The position numbers and the translations under genes are program-made. The notes below the pieces were generated by a model. The model did no database searches. It had not been told where the DNA came from and saw only the letters and a list, made by a program, of their open reading frames with translations. From the human T2T-CHM13v2.0 reference genome, Homo sapiens, in NCBI RefSeq assembly GCF_009914755.1, contig NC_060939.1: 64,000 nucleotides of DNA, one strand, 5' to 3'. Shown here piece by piece: positions 1 to 18,989 of the stretch (positions are counted from its first letter, which is position 1; each line of letters begins with the position of its first letter).

Positions 1-445
1 CTCCATAACTCAGCTCCTGCCACACTGGCCCTTTCAGTTCTATGAACATGCTAAGCACATTCCTGCCTCAGGGCTTTTGCATTCACTGTTCCCTGCATCA
101 GCAATACTCTTTCCCCAAATGTCTGCCTTTGCATTCTTATTTCCTTTAAGATTCTATTCAAACATCAGCTCACTGAGGCCTTCTCTGATGGCCCCACTTA
201 AAATAATCCAACCCAGCCCTTCCCGTCCCTTCCATGGCTTTATTTTTTTCCATAAAACTTAACGTCTTCTGACAACCTATAAATTCTACCTATTTGTTTG
301 ACTGTCTTCTCCCTTATCCCCACTAAAATATCAGCTCCGTGAAGGAAGGCAATGAACTTTGTTTTGCTCACTGCTGTATTTCCTGTGCTTATAGAATATT
401 GCCTAATACATTGTAGGTGCTAAATGATTATTTAAGTGAATTAAT
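1..445 (+). mobile_element. L2 LINE 3' end fragment
   Basis: L2 3' motifs 'cctgcctcagggcttttgcatt..ctgttccct', 'gaggccttctctga', 'ttgctcactgctgtatttcctgtgc...tgcctaatacattgtaggtgctaaa..tattt..tgaat'. Confidence 0.75.
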
Positions 446-812
446 TTAGCAACTATCAACAACAAGCTGAGTATAAAACAGCAGGAAAATGAAAACCATC
501 TAGGTACGTGACAATTTAATTGAGCCATTGAATTACACCTGGACTTCTAGTCATGTGAGGTAAATTTTATTTATAGTTTAAGCCATTTTTAATTAAAATT
601 TTTGTTATTTGAAGCTGCAAAGTACCCAAAATAGGGTACTGGTAGGCAGTTTGCAAAAAAAAAGTGACAAATATAATCAATTTAACTCAATCATAAGGCA
701 TGCAAATTAAAATAACCATGAAATAATGTCACTCAAGAAAAAATAAGTTTGGTACATGTATAATCCCACTTAATATGACTCACTACATTAGTAGCATTAA
801 AAAAAATTTAAG

Positions 813-1418
813 GGTTTTTGTTTGTTGAGACAGGGTCTTGCTCTGTTGCACTGGCTGGAGTGCAGTGGCGCAACCATGGCTCACTGCAATCTCGACCTTT
901 TGGGCTCAAGTAATCCTCCCATCTTGCCTCCTGAGTAGCTGGGACTATAGACATGTGGCCGCACACCTGGCTTTTTTTTTCTCCCCCCAGTTAGAGACAG
1001 TGTCTCACTATGTTGCCCAGCAGACTAGTCTCGAACTCCTGTGCTCAAGTGATCCTCCTGTCTTCGCCTCCCAAATTACTGGAATTATAGGCATGAGTCA
1101 CAGTGCCTAACCATTTTTAAGTTTTGTTTTGTTTTGTTTTTGAGACAGAGTCTCCCTCTGTCACCCAGGCTGGAGTGCAATGGCACCATCTCTGCTCACT
1201 GCAACCTCCACCTCCTGGGTTCAAGCAATTCTCCCTGCCTCAGTCTCCCAAGTAGCTGGGATAACAGGCATATGCCACCACGAATTTTTGTATTTTTAGT
1301 AGAGATGGGGTTTCACCATGTTGGCCAGACTGGTCTCGGCCTCCCGACCTCAGGTGATCAGCCCGCCTCAGCCTCCCAAAGTGCCGGGATTACAGGTGTG
1401 AGCCACCACGTCCAGCCC
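813..1418 (-). mobile_element. Two tandem Alu elements (AluJ-like 813-1113; AluS-like 1122-1418)
   Basis: Antisense Alu consensus with T-rich tails. Confidence 0.93.
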
Positions 1419-1451
1419 ATTAACTTTCAAGTATTAAAATAAAGTCATACA

Positions 1452-1758
<307 letters not shown>

Positions 1759-1871
1759 GCAGTAAGGAGTACAATACAGTGCATAACTGTTCTCAACCTT
1801 GACAATGTCAATGTTAGAAATGACAGATGTAAGCACATAAAGGGAAAAGGAAAGGTAAAAAGAAGAGTTGC

Positions 1872-2164
<293 letters not shown>

Positions 2165-2795
2165 ATTACTGATTGGTAAATCAAGATCGACAGTCTATAT
2201 AACATGAAGGAAAGTTCTGATATAAACTGCAGAGATAACTAGCAAAAAATTAAAAGTGATTTTTTAAAAATCTATTGGAGAAGTAGATGTAAAGAAGCCA
2301 AATCCTCCTTTATCAGAGCAGAAATCAATCATAAATCATAACATACGTATACTATATAGTCACAACAATACCACAGGAAGAAATAATTTGAAAGTTTCCT
2401 TTGGAAATTGGACCCCTATCTTTCACCATATACAAAAATCAACTCAAGAAGGATTAAAGACTTAATCCAAAGACCTGAAACTACAAAAACCATTAGAAGA
2501 AAACCTAGGAAAAACTCTTCTGGACACTGATCTATACAATTCATGACTAAGAATTCATGAATTGAAAGAATTCATGACTAAGACCTCAAAAGCACAAGCA
2601 AAAAAACAAAAACAAAAATAGACAAATGAGACTTAATTAAGCTAAAAAGCTTCTACATAGCAAAAGAAAGAATCAGCAGACTGAACAAATGGCCTACAGA
2701 ATAGGAGAAAATAGTTTCAAACTATGTATCTGACAGGGTACTAACATCCAGAATTTACAAGGAACTCAAATAATCCCAACATAAAGTAAGCAAAG

Positions 2796-2927
2796 GGCTG
2801 TTCTGAATACCTCACTACTGATAACTGGTAGTGAGTTATCCCAATTGATGGTTCACAGTCAGTTACCAATCAAACTCCTTGTTCTATACTCTTTACTCCC
2901 CTTTCACTACTGCACTTAACTGGTCTT
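2796..2927 (+). pseudogene. Y1 RNA (RNY1-derived) retropseudogene
   Basis: Matches hY1: GGCTG.TC.GAA...GGTAGTGAGTTATC.CAATTGAT.GTTCACAGTCAGTTAC..ATC.AACTCCTTGTTCTA...TCACTACTGCACTT.ACT.GTCTT; A-rich tail; 15-bp TSD taaagt(a/t)agcaaagg at 2782-2796 and 2963-2977. Confidence 0.93.
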
Positions 2928-3115
2928 AAGAAAAAATTTAAATAAAAAATTTTTAAGAATTTTAAAGTTAGCAAAGGACATTAATAGACATTTCTCAAAA
3001 GAAGACAAACAGTCAACAGGTATGTGAAAAAAATGCTCATCACTAATCATCGAGGAAATGCAAATAAAAACCACAATGACATATCATCTTATACCAATCA
3101 GAATGGCCACTATTA

Positions 3116-3571
<456 letters not shown>

Positions 3572-4322
3572 CTATTCAATCCAGCAATCCCACTATTGGG
3601 TATCCACCCAAAGGAAAATAAATCATTATATCAAAAAGATAACTGCACTCGTACCTTTATCACAGCAACACTCACAATAGCAAAGATACGGAATCAATCT
3701 CCATACCCATCAACAGATGACTGGATAAAGAAAAATTGGGACACACACACACACACACACACACGAATACTATTCAGCCATAAAGGAAGAATGAAATCAT
3801 GCCTTTTGTAGCAACATGGACCTGGAGGCCATGTTCTCACTTATAAGTTGAAGCAAAATAATGTGTACATGTGGGCACAGTGTGGAATAACGACACTGGA
3901 GGCTGAGTAACAAGAAATTACTGAATGGGTACACGTACATTATTTGGATGATGGATGCACTGAAAGCCCAAACTGCAGCACTATGCAATGTATTCATGTA
4001 ACAAAACTGCACCTGTAGCCCTTAAATTGATACAAAAAAGTTGTTTGGAGAGTGGCACTAAGGAGTGAAACAGAATTCTTGATCCTTATTATAAGCATTC
4101 TGGGCTATTAGACTTTTTTCAACCACGTATATATATTACTATTTGAAGTTTTTAAGTGGACTTAAAATCTGAAAGAATACTGATCTTTTAATGAAAAACA
4201 AAACCGTAAGATACTCTGCCTAAACTCTCCCCCATAATGCAATGAATAAAACTTTAGTTTAACCTTCCTCTTCAGGATAAATAATTTCTGAGGCTTTAGA
4301 GCCACCTTAAAAGGTATCTGTA

Positions 4323-4620
<298 letters not shown>

Positions 4621-4784
4621 GATATTTGTAGACAACTAAATAAGTCAAGTTACATGATATATAGACTATCATCAAAATTACTGGACCATCACTGCTTATC
4701 AAAGTAAAGTGTAACCAAAAATTTAATTCACAGTACTTCGACCAGACCAAAACATCCAATTCATCCATAGTTTCCTAATTTTAA

Positions 4785-5141
<357 letters not shown>

Positions 5142-5239
5142 TAACACCTGTTCTCTAGATTGATTTAGGTTTTACTGATCTTAGAGGTATATACAACCAT
5201 CATTTCAAACTCACCAGACCTAATTTAGTTCAACTTCAC

Positions 5240-5523
5240 TTTTTTTTTTTTTTTTAATTTCTGCCCAGGCTGGAGTAGTGGCTCGATCTCTGCTCACTGC
5301 AACCTCCACCTTCTAGGGTCAAGTGATTCTCATGCCTCAGCCTCCCAGGTAGCTGGGATTATAGACATGCACCACCACGCCTGGCTAATTTTTGTATTGT
5401 TAGTAGAGACGGGGTTTCGCCATGTTAGCCGGACTGGTCTCAAACTCCTGGTCCCAAGTGATCTGCCCACCTTGGCCTCCCAAAGTGCTGGGATTACAGG
5501 CAGGAGCCACTACACGCTGCCTA
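5240..5523 (-). mobile_element. Alu
   Basis: Antisense Alu. Confidence 0.92.
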
Positions 5524-5678
5524 GATCACTTTTCATTCCATTTTTTCCTTTGTACCTTTTAGAAGAAGCTTTTAAGTAATATAAAGATTATTATTGTTTA
5601 ATCTGTCAGAAATTGACAGGGAAAAGAACTTAAAGTTTAAATACACAATACAAAAAGATTAAAAAGTTATCACAAATT

Positions 5679-5974
5679 GGCAGGGCGTGGTGGCTCATGC
5701 CTGTAATCCCAGCACTTTGGGAGTCCAAGGTGGGCAGTTCACCTGAGGTTGGGAGTTTGAGACCAGCCTGACCAACTTGGAGAAACCTAGTCTCTACTAA
5801 AAATAAAAAATTATCTAGGCATGGTGGCGCATGGCTGTAATTCCAGCTACTCGGGAGGCTGAGGGAGGAGAATCGCTTGAACCTGGGAGGTGGAAGTTGC
5901 AGTAAGCCAAGATCACATGCGCCATTGCACTCCAACCTGGGCAACAAAAGCAAAACTCTGTCTCAAAAAAAAAA
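5679..5974 (+). mobile_element. Alu (AluS)
   Basis: Full Alu; TSD aaaaagttatcacaaatt. Confidence 0.95.
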
Positions 5975-6135
5975 AGTTATCACAAATTATTGCTCATAAC
6001 AGTTTAGTTAAAATAAAGAATGTATGTAAAACTACAAAGTAATAGCTTGATAGCAAGACAAAATAGTTTTAAAAAATATTCTAGGAAAAATATGGCTGAC
6101 TAAACTATGATGAAAGATTTGAGATGTCAAAAATG

Positions 6136-6428
6136 GGCTGGGTGCAGATGGCATATGCCTATAATCCCAGCACTCTGACAGGCCAAGGTGGGTGGATCAC
6201 TTGAGCCCAGGAGTTCAAGACCACTCTGGGCAACATGGCAAAACCCAGTCTCTACAAAAAATACAAAAATTAGCTGGACATGGTGGTGTGTGCCTGCAGT
6301 CCCAGCTACTTGGGAGGCTGAGGTAGGAGAATCATCTGATTCTGGGAAGTCGAGGGTGCAATGAGCCATGTTCACACCACTGCACTCCCACCTGGGAGAC
6401 AGAGTGAGAATCTGTCTCAAAAAAAAAG
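6136..6428 (+). mobile_element. Alu (AluJ-like)
   Basis: Full Alu. Confidence 0.93.
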
Positions 6429-6482
6429 GCATCAAAAATGGCCAAAAGAAAATCTTAAACAAACCATGAGTTAACAGATTAA

Positions 6483-6781
<299 letters not shown>

Positions 6782-7373
6782 AAAAAAGGGTTTTATTTTA
6801 TTTTTTGGTTTTTTTTTTCTGTTGTTAGAGGTGGAGGTGGTAATGGTTTCTGTTTTGGAGGGAGAAGAGGTAGAGTTTTCTTCTTGGGAAGGAGAAGACA
6901 GTTGAAGGGGACTGCTGTAGTATTATGGTTTACAGTGTTTACCATTTTGTTTAACAATATTCTACTCTAGAAACTGAAACATTTTAGATGTTAATAAAAC
7001 ATCTAAAATCATACTATGATTTACTTCTCCAAAATACAAATTACATCACAAGTAAGCCTCCATGCAATGACATTTTTATCTTTATGGAGTGTCATCAATA
7101 TCAGTTAAATAAATCAGTGCAATTGTTCCTAAGGAGAAGTTTAGCTTCCACTTCACCACTAAAAGCCAAGTGCCTATGATGCAGATGAATGCATTGTACA
7201 ATATATTTCAATCAAGTCACAGACTCACTTCCCCACTATCCATGAAATATAACAAAGGGCTAAGAAACATTAAAAAAATGATGTATCAAACTTCCCACAA
7301 ACCAAAAGACAGGAAGCTATTGAATAATCTGACACTTGGATTACATTTTTATTATCATTAAAATGTAGCAAAG

Positions 7374-7660
7374 GGGCCGGGTGTGGTGGCTCATGCCTGT
7401 AATCCTATCACTTTGGGAGGCCAAGACAGGCAGATCACTTGAGGTCAGGAGTTCGAAACCAGCCTGGCCAACATGATAAAACCCGTCTCTACTAAAAATA
7501 CGAAAACTTAACCAGGCATGGTGGCACATGCCTGTAATCCCAGCTACTTGGGAGGCTGAGGCCAGAGACTCACTTGAACCCGAGAGGCGAAGGCTGCAGT
7601 GAGCCAACATTGCACTCTAGCCTGGGCAACAGAGCGAGACTCTGTCTCAAAAAAAAAAAA
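7374..7660 (+). mobile_element. Alu (AluS)
   Basis: Full Alu. Confidence 0.95.
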
Positions 7661-7872
7661 GGTAGCAAAGGAAAAAAAAATAGGTCAGTGTTTAGAAAGG
7701 ATACAACTATATCATGTCTTTTACATATTTTACATTTTGTATTGGTCTAGAAGTTGAAAATATGTGCCCAAAACAACTATACAACTTGAGCAATGATTTT
7801 AAAACAAATATGACACTTTATATTAGAAGTAGAACATATTTATTCAGAAACATATACTATTAGTTACATTTA

Positions 7873-8345
<473 letters not shown>

Positions 8346-8404
8346 CTAGGCACTACTGCTTCAATATATTAAAAAAATTATTCTAGAAGATAGTTTATCA
8401 TACT

Positions 8405-8754
8405 CAGGGTTCCCCCCACCTCTAGCTGCAGACCAATACCAGTCGGTAGCCTGTTGGGAACCAGGCCTCACAGCAGTTGAGCGGCAGGCAAGCCAGCATT
8501 AACCTGAGCTCGGCCTCCTCTAGATCAGCAGCGGCATTAGATTCTCATAGAAGCACAAACCCTATTGTGAACTGCACAAGCAAGGGACCTAGGCTGTGTG
8601 TTTCTTATGAGACTCTAACTAGTCTAACTAATGCCTGATGATCTAAGGTGGAAGAGTTTCACCCAAAACCATCCCCTCCCTGCTCCCGGGGTCTGTGGAA
8701 AAAACTGTCTTCCACAAAACTAGTCCCTGGTGCCAAAAAGTTTGGAGACCACTG
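8405..8754 (+). mobile_element. MER1B-type hAT-Charlie DNA transposon (MITE)
   Basis: Terminal CAGGG.TCCCC and GGAGACCACTG; internal 'gatcagcagcggcattagattctcatag..gcacaaaccctattgtgaactgcac', 'gtccctggtgccaaaaag'. Confidence 0.9.
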
Positions 8755-8940
8755 ACATAAACTGCAAGGTTTTGTTAAAAAAAAAAATGTAGCCAATGTC
8801 CCTTGAGGGTTAATATCAAATATCTTAGAATAGGTAACAGTCTAATATAAATTTAATTGTGAACATAATGAAGTTAATTCTACACTATCTGAAAAATAGT
8901 TTCACTTAAGTTGTATCTAATTCATCAAACTGGGTGGGTT

Positions 8941-9265
8941 TCTTTTTTTTTTTTTTTTTTTTTTGAGACAGAGTCTCCCTCTGTTACCCAGGCTTAATGT
9001 TACCCAGGCTTAAGTGCAGTGGCGCCATCTCAACTCACTGCAGTCTTGACCTCCAGAGCTCAACCTGATCCTTCCACCTCAGCCTCCCAATTAGCTGGGA
9101 TCACACAAGAATGTGCCATCACACCTGGCTAATTTTTGTATTTTTTGTAGGGACAGGGTCTCACTATGTTGTCCAGGCTGGTCTTGAATTCCTTACCTCG
9201 AGTGATCCACCTGCCTCAGCCTCCCAAAGTGCTGGGATTAGAGGTGTGAGCCACCAAGACCCACC
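8941..9265 (-). mobile_element. Alu (AluJ-like)
   Basis: Antisense Alu with a short internal duplication (gttacccaggcttaa x2). Confidence 0.93.
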
Positions 9266-9390
9266 TTAAAACAAGTTCTTTGAAAACATACTTGCTACGT
9301 AATAGTTATGAGCTTTTTAAAAAATTTCTTCTAATGTCATTAAATTCTGGCAATCAGATTTTCAGAATATGTTAAAATGCTGGTTAAGTG

Positions 9391-9767
<377 letters not shown>

Positions 9768-10083
9768 TTAATCATCATGGAATTAAACACACATGAAGAA
9801 ATCTGTTGAAACCCCTCAAACTTGCAATGCTATACCTGAATCAGTGTTCTTTCAGAGACTTTTCAAATTATACAAATATTTCAAAATGCTGAGTTACTCT
9901 ACTATAGCTAATAAAACTACTTAAACTAAGTGGAAAACCTTGAGAACTAAAGGGGAAGGGGATATTATTTATTCTCATTACTCTTAAATCAACCAACTTC
10001 CAAATCCAGAACATAAAACTTTTATGATTATTTGTTCTTTCCCTGTTTACAAACCTAGTTCTGATTTCATTATTAAAAATACA

Positions 10084-10670
<587 letters not shown>

Positions 10671-10673
10671 CTC

Positions 10674-11050
10674 AGCCGGGCCCAGTGACTCACGCCTATA
10701 ATCCCAGCATTTTGGGAGGTTGAGGTGGGTGGATCACTTGAACCCAGGAGCTCGAGATCAGCCTGGGCAACATCGAGAGATGCCGTCTCTACAAAAAATA
10801 AAAGATAAAAAAATTAGCTGGTGGTGATGGCACATCCCCACGGCCCCAGCTACCTGGGAGGGTGAGGTGGAAGGATCAATGGGGTCGGAAGGTCGAAGCT
10901 GCAGTGAGCCAAGATCTCACTCCTGCACTTCAGCCTGGATGACAGAACAAGACAAAGTCTCAAAAAATATATATATATATATGGTGTGTGTATATATGTA
11001 AATGTGTGTATATGTATATATATATGTGTATGTGTGTGCATACACACACA
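10674..11050 (+). mobile_element. Alu (AluJ-like) with (TA)n(TG)n(CA)n tail microsatellite
   Basis: Alu 10674-10967, then compound dinucleotide repeat. Confidence 0.92.
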
Positions 11051-12133
11051 ATTCTCTATAACTAGTGCTATCATACTTAATGCTTTAATAAGGTTAAATA
11101 CATAATAAATACAATCGTTCATTTTGTCTTTAACAGTACAATCCAACTCAAGTCATCCTTCCAAACCAGATACAAAAATATCATAGGATATTTTTGTATC
11201 AAATATAAACTTTTTGTATCAAACAAAAATTTTTATCCTTAGGGTATTTTGGGGTTCTGGCCGTTTGTTGTGCCAGATATAATACCACTTGATAAGACTT
11301 TCAGTTTCATCCCATCCCATCCTGCAACAATGTTTTCAGTAGGGCGGGATCCGTGGCTCCCAATCAAGTCCTGACAATCTGATCTCATGGCAGGGCCCAC
11401 ACAAGAAAAAAAAAAAGAGCATTTTATTTCGTGCAACTTTTATGGCCCTGAGAATCTCCGACACCCCACCCCCTCAACACACAATCAATCAATTGATCTC
11501 CCTCTCCCTCCCTCTCTCCCACCTCCACACCATCTATGAGAAAGAGGAGGGGGAAGAAGGTGGAAGAAAAGGCACGAGTAGAGAAAGTAGATCCGATGTA
11601 AAGCAGGCACCTAAAAAAGGTGGGATGTATTTCTCCAAAGCCCAGATCAGGGACGCTGCTACAGACAGCCAGTGGAGAATGCCTCTAACATTAACGCTTT
11701 AGTAACCACTTACAAGAACTTCCCCTGTCTACTGCTTAATTTCAAATAACCCAACAAGTCCATTTAATTACTTTGTATTATTTAAAGACATCTAGGATTT
11801 CTTTAAATAATAAAAGGGAAACAAACGCGTTTTAACATCATTTTGCATCACAAAGTTAAAAACTTGGGTTAACTCCCTCAGTAAATCTCTAAATCCTTTC
11901 CAATCTACTATCTCTGGCCAGGAAGTCAAAACTTAAATATTAACCAACTAAAATGATCTTCATACTCTGGTCAATTTTGCAGAGCAAAAAATTTAAATAA
12001 ATAAATAAATAGATCTTCAATGTGTATCAAGGATGTCCTACTTGGGCCTCACTCTCCCAAACAGAGCTTATTTTCTTCCATTTAACAAAGGAAAATTTTC
12101 ATTTAAACAAGTCTAATGAAGATGTTGCAACCT

Positions 12134-12420
<287 letters not shown>

Positions 12421-13133
12421 TTAAATGTTGTAACCAATTTTTCTTCCTCATATTTATAGATGTTTATCATGGTTTTTCTTAAAAGTTTTTTAAACCACCT
12501 TTTCCAAACCTCAAAACAAGCATCTATAATTATAGACAATTATTCTCCTGGCTCCATAAACAATTCTATTTTTCCTTCTCCAACTTTCTAATCCTCTCAT
12601 GAAGCTGGCCAAATGTATTCTACTCCTGACACCAAACAACAAAAAAAGAAACACCTAACTGCAGCCTACTTCTTTTGTTTTAATAAACGAATAAACTAGC
12701 TTAAGTGAACAGTGGTCTTGGATCACATAAGAATTTCAAAATAAATGATTTAAACACTTCAAATATTGTGGGGGGAGGGGGATGGTGCTGGTAAATAAGG
12801 GTCAAGTTCTGACTTTCTCATTGAGGTCAAGGTCAAGAAATTACTTTTTTCAGATCTATAAAATCTTACCAACTCAGAATCCTGATTATAGATTATCCTC
12901 TCCTACTCAATACTTTCCAAATCTACAATGATACAGGAATCCCACTAAAATTCAGAATAATTAAAAGGAGTTAAGATTTAAGACATAACCAAAAACCAGC
13001 CCCTCTCTACAAGGCAGTTGACTGTACAGTTCATGCTTGTATACAGATGGACAGACTAAGAACCAACTCTACACTTCTGAGAAAAAAACAAAACAAAACT
13101 AACAATGTAAATCTATTCTTTCATTATAACAAT

Positions 13134-13421
<288 letters not shown>

Positions 13422-13567
13422 ACAAAATTTTTAAATGTCATTCCAAAGAACCATCTATAATGAAATGTGAAGTTATGTTAAATACATATGTTTAGAAGAT
13501 ACAATGTAACTTTCTAGTTTTTATTTCCACTGTAATGTAACTAACTTCAATTATGAATAAAATTCTA

Positions 13568-14556
<989 letters not shown>

Positions 14557-14638
14557 ACACAAACAGTTGCCAATGTGAAAACTACTCAATGAGATTTAAT
14601 AAAAATACCGTATTTGGAAAAATTTTTTGTCTTTTTTT

Positions 14639-15160
<522 letters not shown>

Positions 15161-15635
15161 TTCAATATTTTCTTGATGAAAGAGAAGACTTATTACTAGT
15201 CCTAGATTATTATGAAAAACAGCAATATCATGATTAAATTTTTGTTCCTCCTCCCAGTACCGTGTTCTATTAATTAGATAAGAAATGGGAATGAACAAAA
15301 ATAGACATTAAATCAAATGTTTTTTACTTTCTAAAAGTCAAAAATTCTAATGCTTTGTTTACCTAATCTACAAATATTTATCTTACTACTTCTATAAATA
15401 ATTGAATAAAATCTTAAAGGAACTAAAAGAAATAATGGGACTTTTCACTACACAAAAGATAATTACCTATACAATGAAATGAGGTGAAATTCTTAGAGCA
15501 AATGTCTTAAAGTATGTCATACAACAAGCTTAAATTAATAATACAAAACAGTTAGAATACCCCCACCCCAATAAACTATGGACAAAATACGACTGGACAA
15601 TTCACAAGAAACACAAATAATAAAATTCAAAAAAA

Positions 15636-15936
<301 letters not shown>

Positions 15937-16147
15937 TTCAAAATATTCATTAGTCCTACTAATCAAGTAAGCAAAAACTTAGGACTAAAATACTTTTTTT
16001 CAGTTGTTAAGATAAAGATTTTTATATATTATACATGACAAAGGTTTGATAAAACTAGACCTATCACACATTGCTAATGACATTACAAATTGATGCAGCC
16101 TTTTTAGGGAGTGGCATTTCAAAACTTTAATAAAAATAAGAGATCAG

Positions 16148-16726
16148 AGCTGGGCATAGTGGCTCATGCTTGTAATCCAAGCATTCTGGGAGGCCAAGGC
16201 AGGGGAGATCACTTGAAGTCAGGAGTTCAAGACCAGCCTGGCCAAAATGGCGAAACCCTGTGTTTTTAGTATTCTACTAAAAATACAAAAATTAGTCAGG
16301 CGTAGGCCAAGCGCGGTGGCTCACACCTGTAATCCCAGCACTTTGGGAGGCCGAGGTGGGCAGATCACGAGGTCAGGAGATCAAGACCATCCTAGCTAAC
16401 ACGGTGAAACCCCATCTCTATTAAAAATACAAAAAAATAGCCAGGCATGGAGGCAGGCGCCTGTAGTCCCAGCTACTCGGGAGGGAGGCTGAGGCAGGAG
16501 AATGGCGTGAACCCAGGAGGCGGACTTTGCAGTGAGCCGAGATCACGCCACTGCACTCCAGCCTGGGCAACAGAGCGAGACTCATCTTGAGCGAGACTCA
16601 TCTCAAAAAAAAACAAACAGCAACAAAAAAAATTAGCCGGGCATGGTAGCATGCCTGTAATCCCAGCTACTTGGGAGGCTAAGACAGGAGAACCACTTGA
16701 TCTCAGGAGGCGGAGGTTGCAGTGAT
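16148..16726 (+). mobile_element. Nested Alus (AluY inside an AluS); outer element truncated at ~16726
   Basis: Left arm 16148-16303, AluY 16305-16630, right arm ends abruptly at 'ggttgcagtga|tcggtggcc'. Confidence 0.9.
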
Positions 16727-17600
16727 CGGTGGCCATAGAAGCCCTCCTGAGCAGCAGGCAGAACAGAATCCACTATAGCAATCAGCCTGCCGGGGAAGCC
16801 TCTGCCCCTGTGGCCTGAGGTTCCAGTTTCCCCAGGTGACACCATGGGCAGGTGGGCTGAAGAAGTGGGAAGGTCAAATCAACTGGCCCAGCCAGGATGC
16901 CTCTTTGATGATACAAGTGATACCGGTCTAAGCCTCGCCTCTTCCACAGGGGAAACTAGGTGGCCCAAAGGGTGCCCAGAGGCAGGGGACCTGCCACAGC
17001 AGCCACCTTCCTGAGAGATTCCCTTTCTTCCCCTTGGTGAACTCCCTCCAACACACAGCTTGCCAGGAAAGCACCCTGTGTCTTACATGGGGGGATCCCA
17101 TGACACCAAAACCCAGCCAAAGAAGCCTTTTGTCCCTTAAGGGTTATCACAACCAAAAACAAAAAGATACACAAATAGTAAGCCCCTAAATTCTGTTAAG
17201 AATGAAACAATGTTGCCACTCACACCTGGCTCAGATGCCAGCAGAAGGAGGGCACCCTCCAGAGACCAGAGACCACAGGAGAAAGGGGAGGACTCCTCCT
17301 TGCCCTGGCTGCACCTCCACCACTGTCACTGAGGCCTGCAGTACAGAACCAGCAGCTTCTTACCCACCCCAGGCCAGGCCGGGCCCCAAAGCTCTCCTAC
17401 TTCCCCTTCCTGGCCCCTAGACTTGCTGCTGCTGCCACCATTAGTGCCGACGCCAAAGGAATCAGCGCTGCTGTCACCCTCCATGCACCTGCCCACCCTC
17501 CATGGATCCTACCACTTGGCCTCCACGGGTACCCTCCTATTGCTCCTGTTGAGCTGCTGTCTCCATCACCGTGGCTGCCACAACCTCAGAAGATGAATCA

Positions 17601-17702
<102 letters not shown>

Positions 17703-18244
17703 CTACAATAGGATGCAGAAAGTGGCAGTGTTAGAGCCTCACCCTGTCATGCTGCCCACTGGGTGGCTGGGGCTGGTTTCAGCGAAGGCACTCATACCCA
17801 CCCTCCAAAGTCCAGCCTCTCCTCCTAGACCAAGCTGGCCTCCTGACCTGGGGTGGGGACTGGAGACACCACAGTGTCCGCGGCTCCTTGGGGAGCAAGA
17901 ACAGCAGAAACTCAGACCCAGCCAGTCCTCCCAACCCAAGTACCAGTTCCCATTCCTTACTCCTCCACCCACAGGACCCTGAGCCCCCGTGGTGCCCACT
18001 ACTACATGCCTGGGGCTCCCAGATGGTCCCCACAACACAGAGCAAGAGGGCAAGGGCCGGGTAACCATGGTGGGTGTGAGGGCCCTGCGGTGGTCAGAGG
18101 ATTGCCGCAAAAACTCTGTGCACCTCCGCACTCCAACACGAGCAGAAGTTGTTCACACTCTAGAGCCTTGAGTCCGGGAAGAGGAGAAGGGCCCCTTCCT
18201 CAGAGGCCACCACTGTCGTGGCCACCTCCACAACCTGCCGCTGG

Positions 18245-18985
18245 AAGCAGCAGTGCAGCTTCCCCCCATAGCGCCCCTAACCTGCCCCCTCCACCACAAG
18301 CTTAGCCCCCGGATTGTGCCCACAACACACCCAGAGACTGCTGCAGGCAGTGTAACACTGATAGCGCCCGCAAACGAACCCTCTGCTCCTGGCAGTGTAA
18401 CACTCGATAGTGTCCACAACCCATCCCCACCACGGGTGTTGCAGCACCAAATAGTACCCCATCAAACCCGCCCCCCACCCGGACCACAAGCAGTATAGCC
18501 CCAGATAGCACCCCCAGTCTGCTCCTGTCACAGGCAGTGAACGCCCGGGGTAGTGCACCCAACAAACCCCTGGACCCCACCTTCCCCTTTCCCCCACAGA
18601 CAATGCAACATTTCACAGCTCCCCTAAAGCACCCCTGACTGCCTGCCAGTTGGCATTGTTGCTGACATTGTAGCTCACGATAGCTCACCAAACCCACCCC
18701 CTGCATCGGCCAGTGTAGCAGCTAATAATGCCCCTAATCCCCCACCACCCGCCACTGGCAGTGCACGATGGCACACACAACCTGCCTCCAACCCCCCGCC
18801 ACCTTAGGCAGTGTAGACTCTGATAGCGCAGCAAACCTGCCCCACTGCCAGCAATTCAACACCTGATAGTGCCACCCACCAGCCCCCCACGGCAGGCAGT
18901 GCAGCTCCAAAAGCACACCAAACCCGCTCCCCCACCACCCCGCAAGCGGGCAGTGCAGCTGCAGAGAGCGCACCTACCCTGCCAC
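18245..18985 (+). repeat. Degenerate ~43-55-bp C-rich satellite (~16 units)
   Basis: Recurring GGCAGTGYAGC-N4-GATAGCGCMCC-AAACCC(C-rich) at ~18249, 18347, 18391, 18489, 18533, 18709, 18757, 18807, 18895, 18949 and degenerate units between. Confidence 0.85.
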
Positions 18986-18989
18986 CTTT

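Noticed and set aside
6790-6975. Short minus-strand Pro/Lys-rich ORF after a possible acceptor (MVNTVNHN...PPPPLTTEKK)
   Set aside because: About 48 codons, low complexity, no recognised homolog or donor site
11255-11405. Possible H/ACA snoRNA
   Set aside because: Only a small hairpin and a terminal ACA; no convincing two-hairpin/H-box structure
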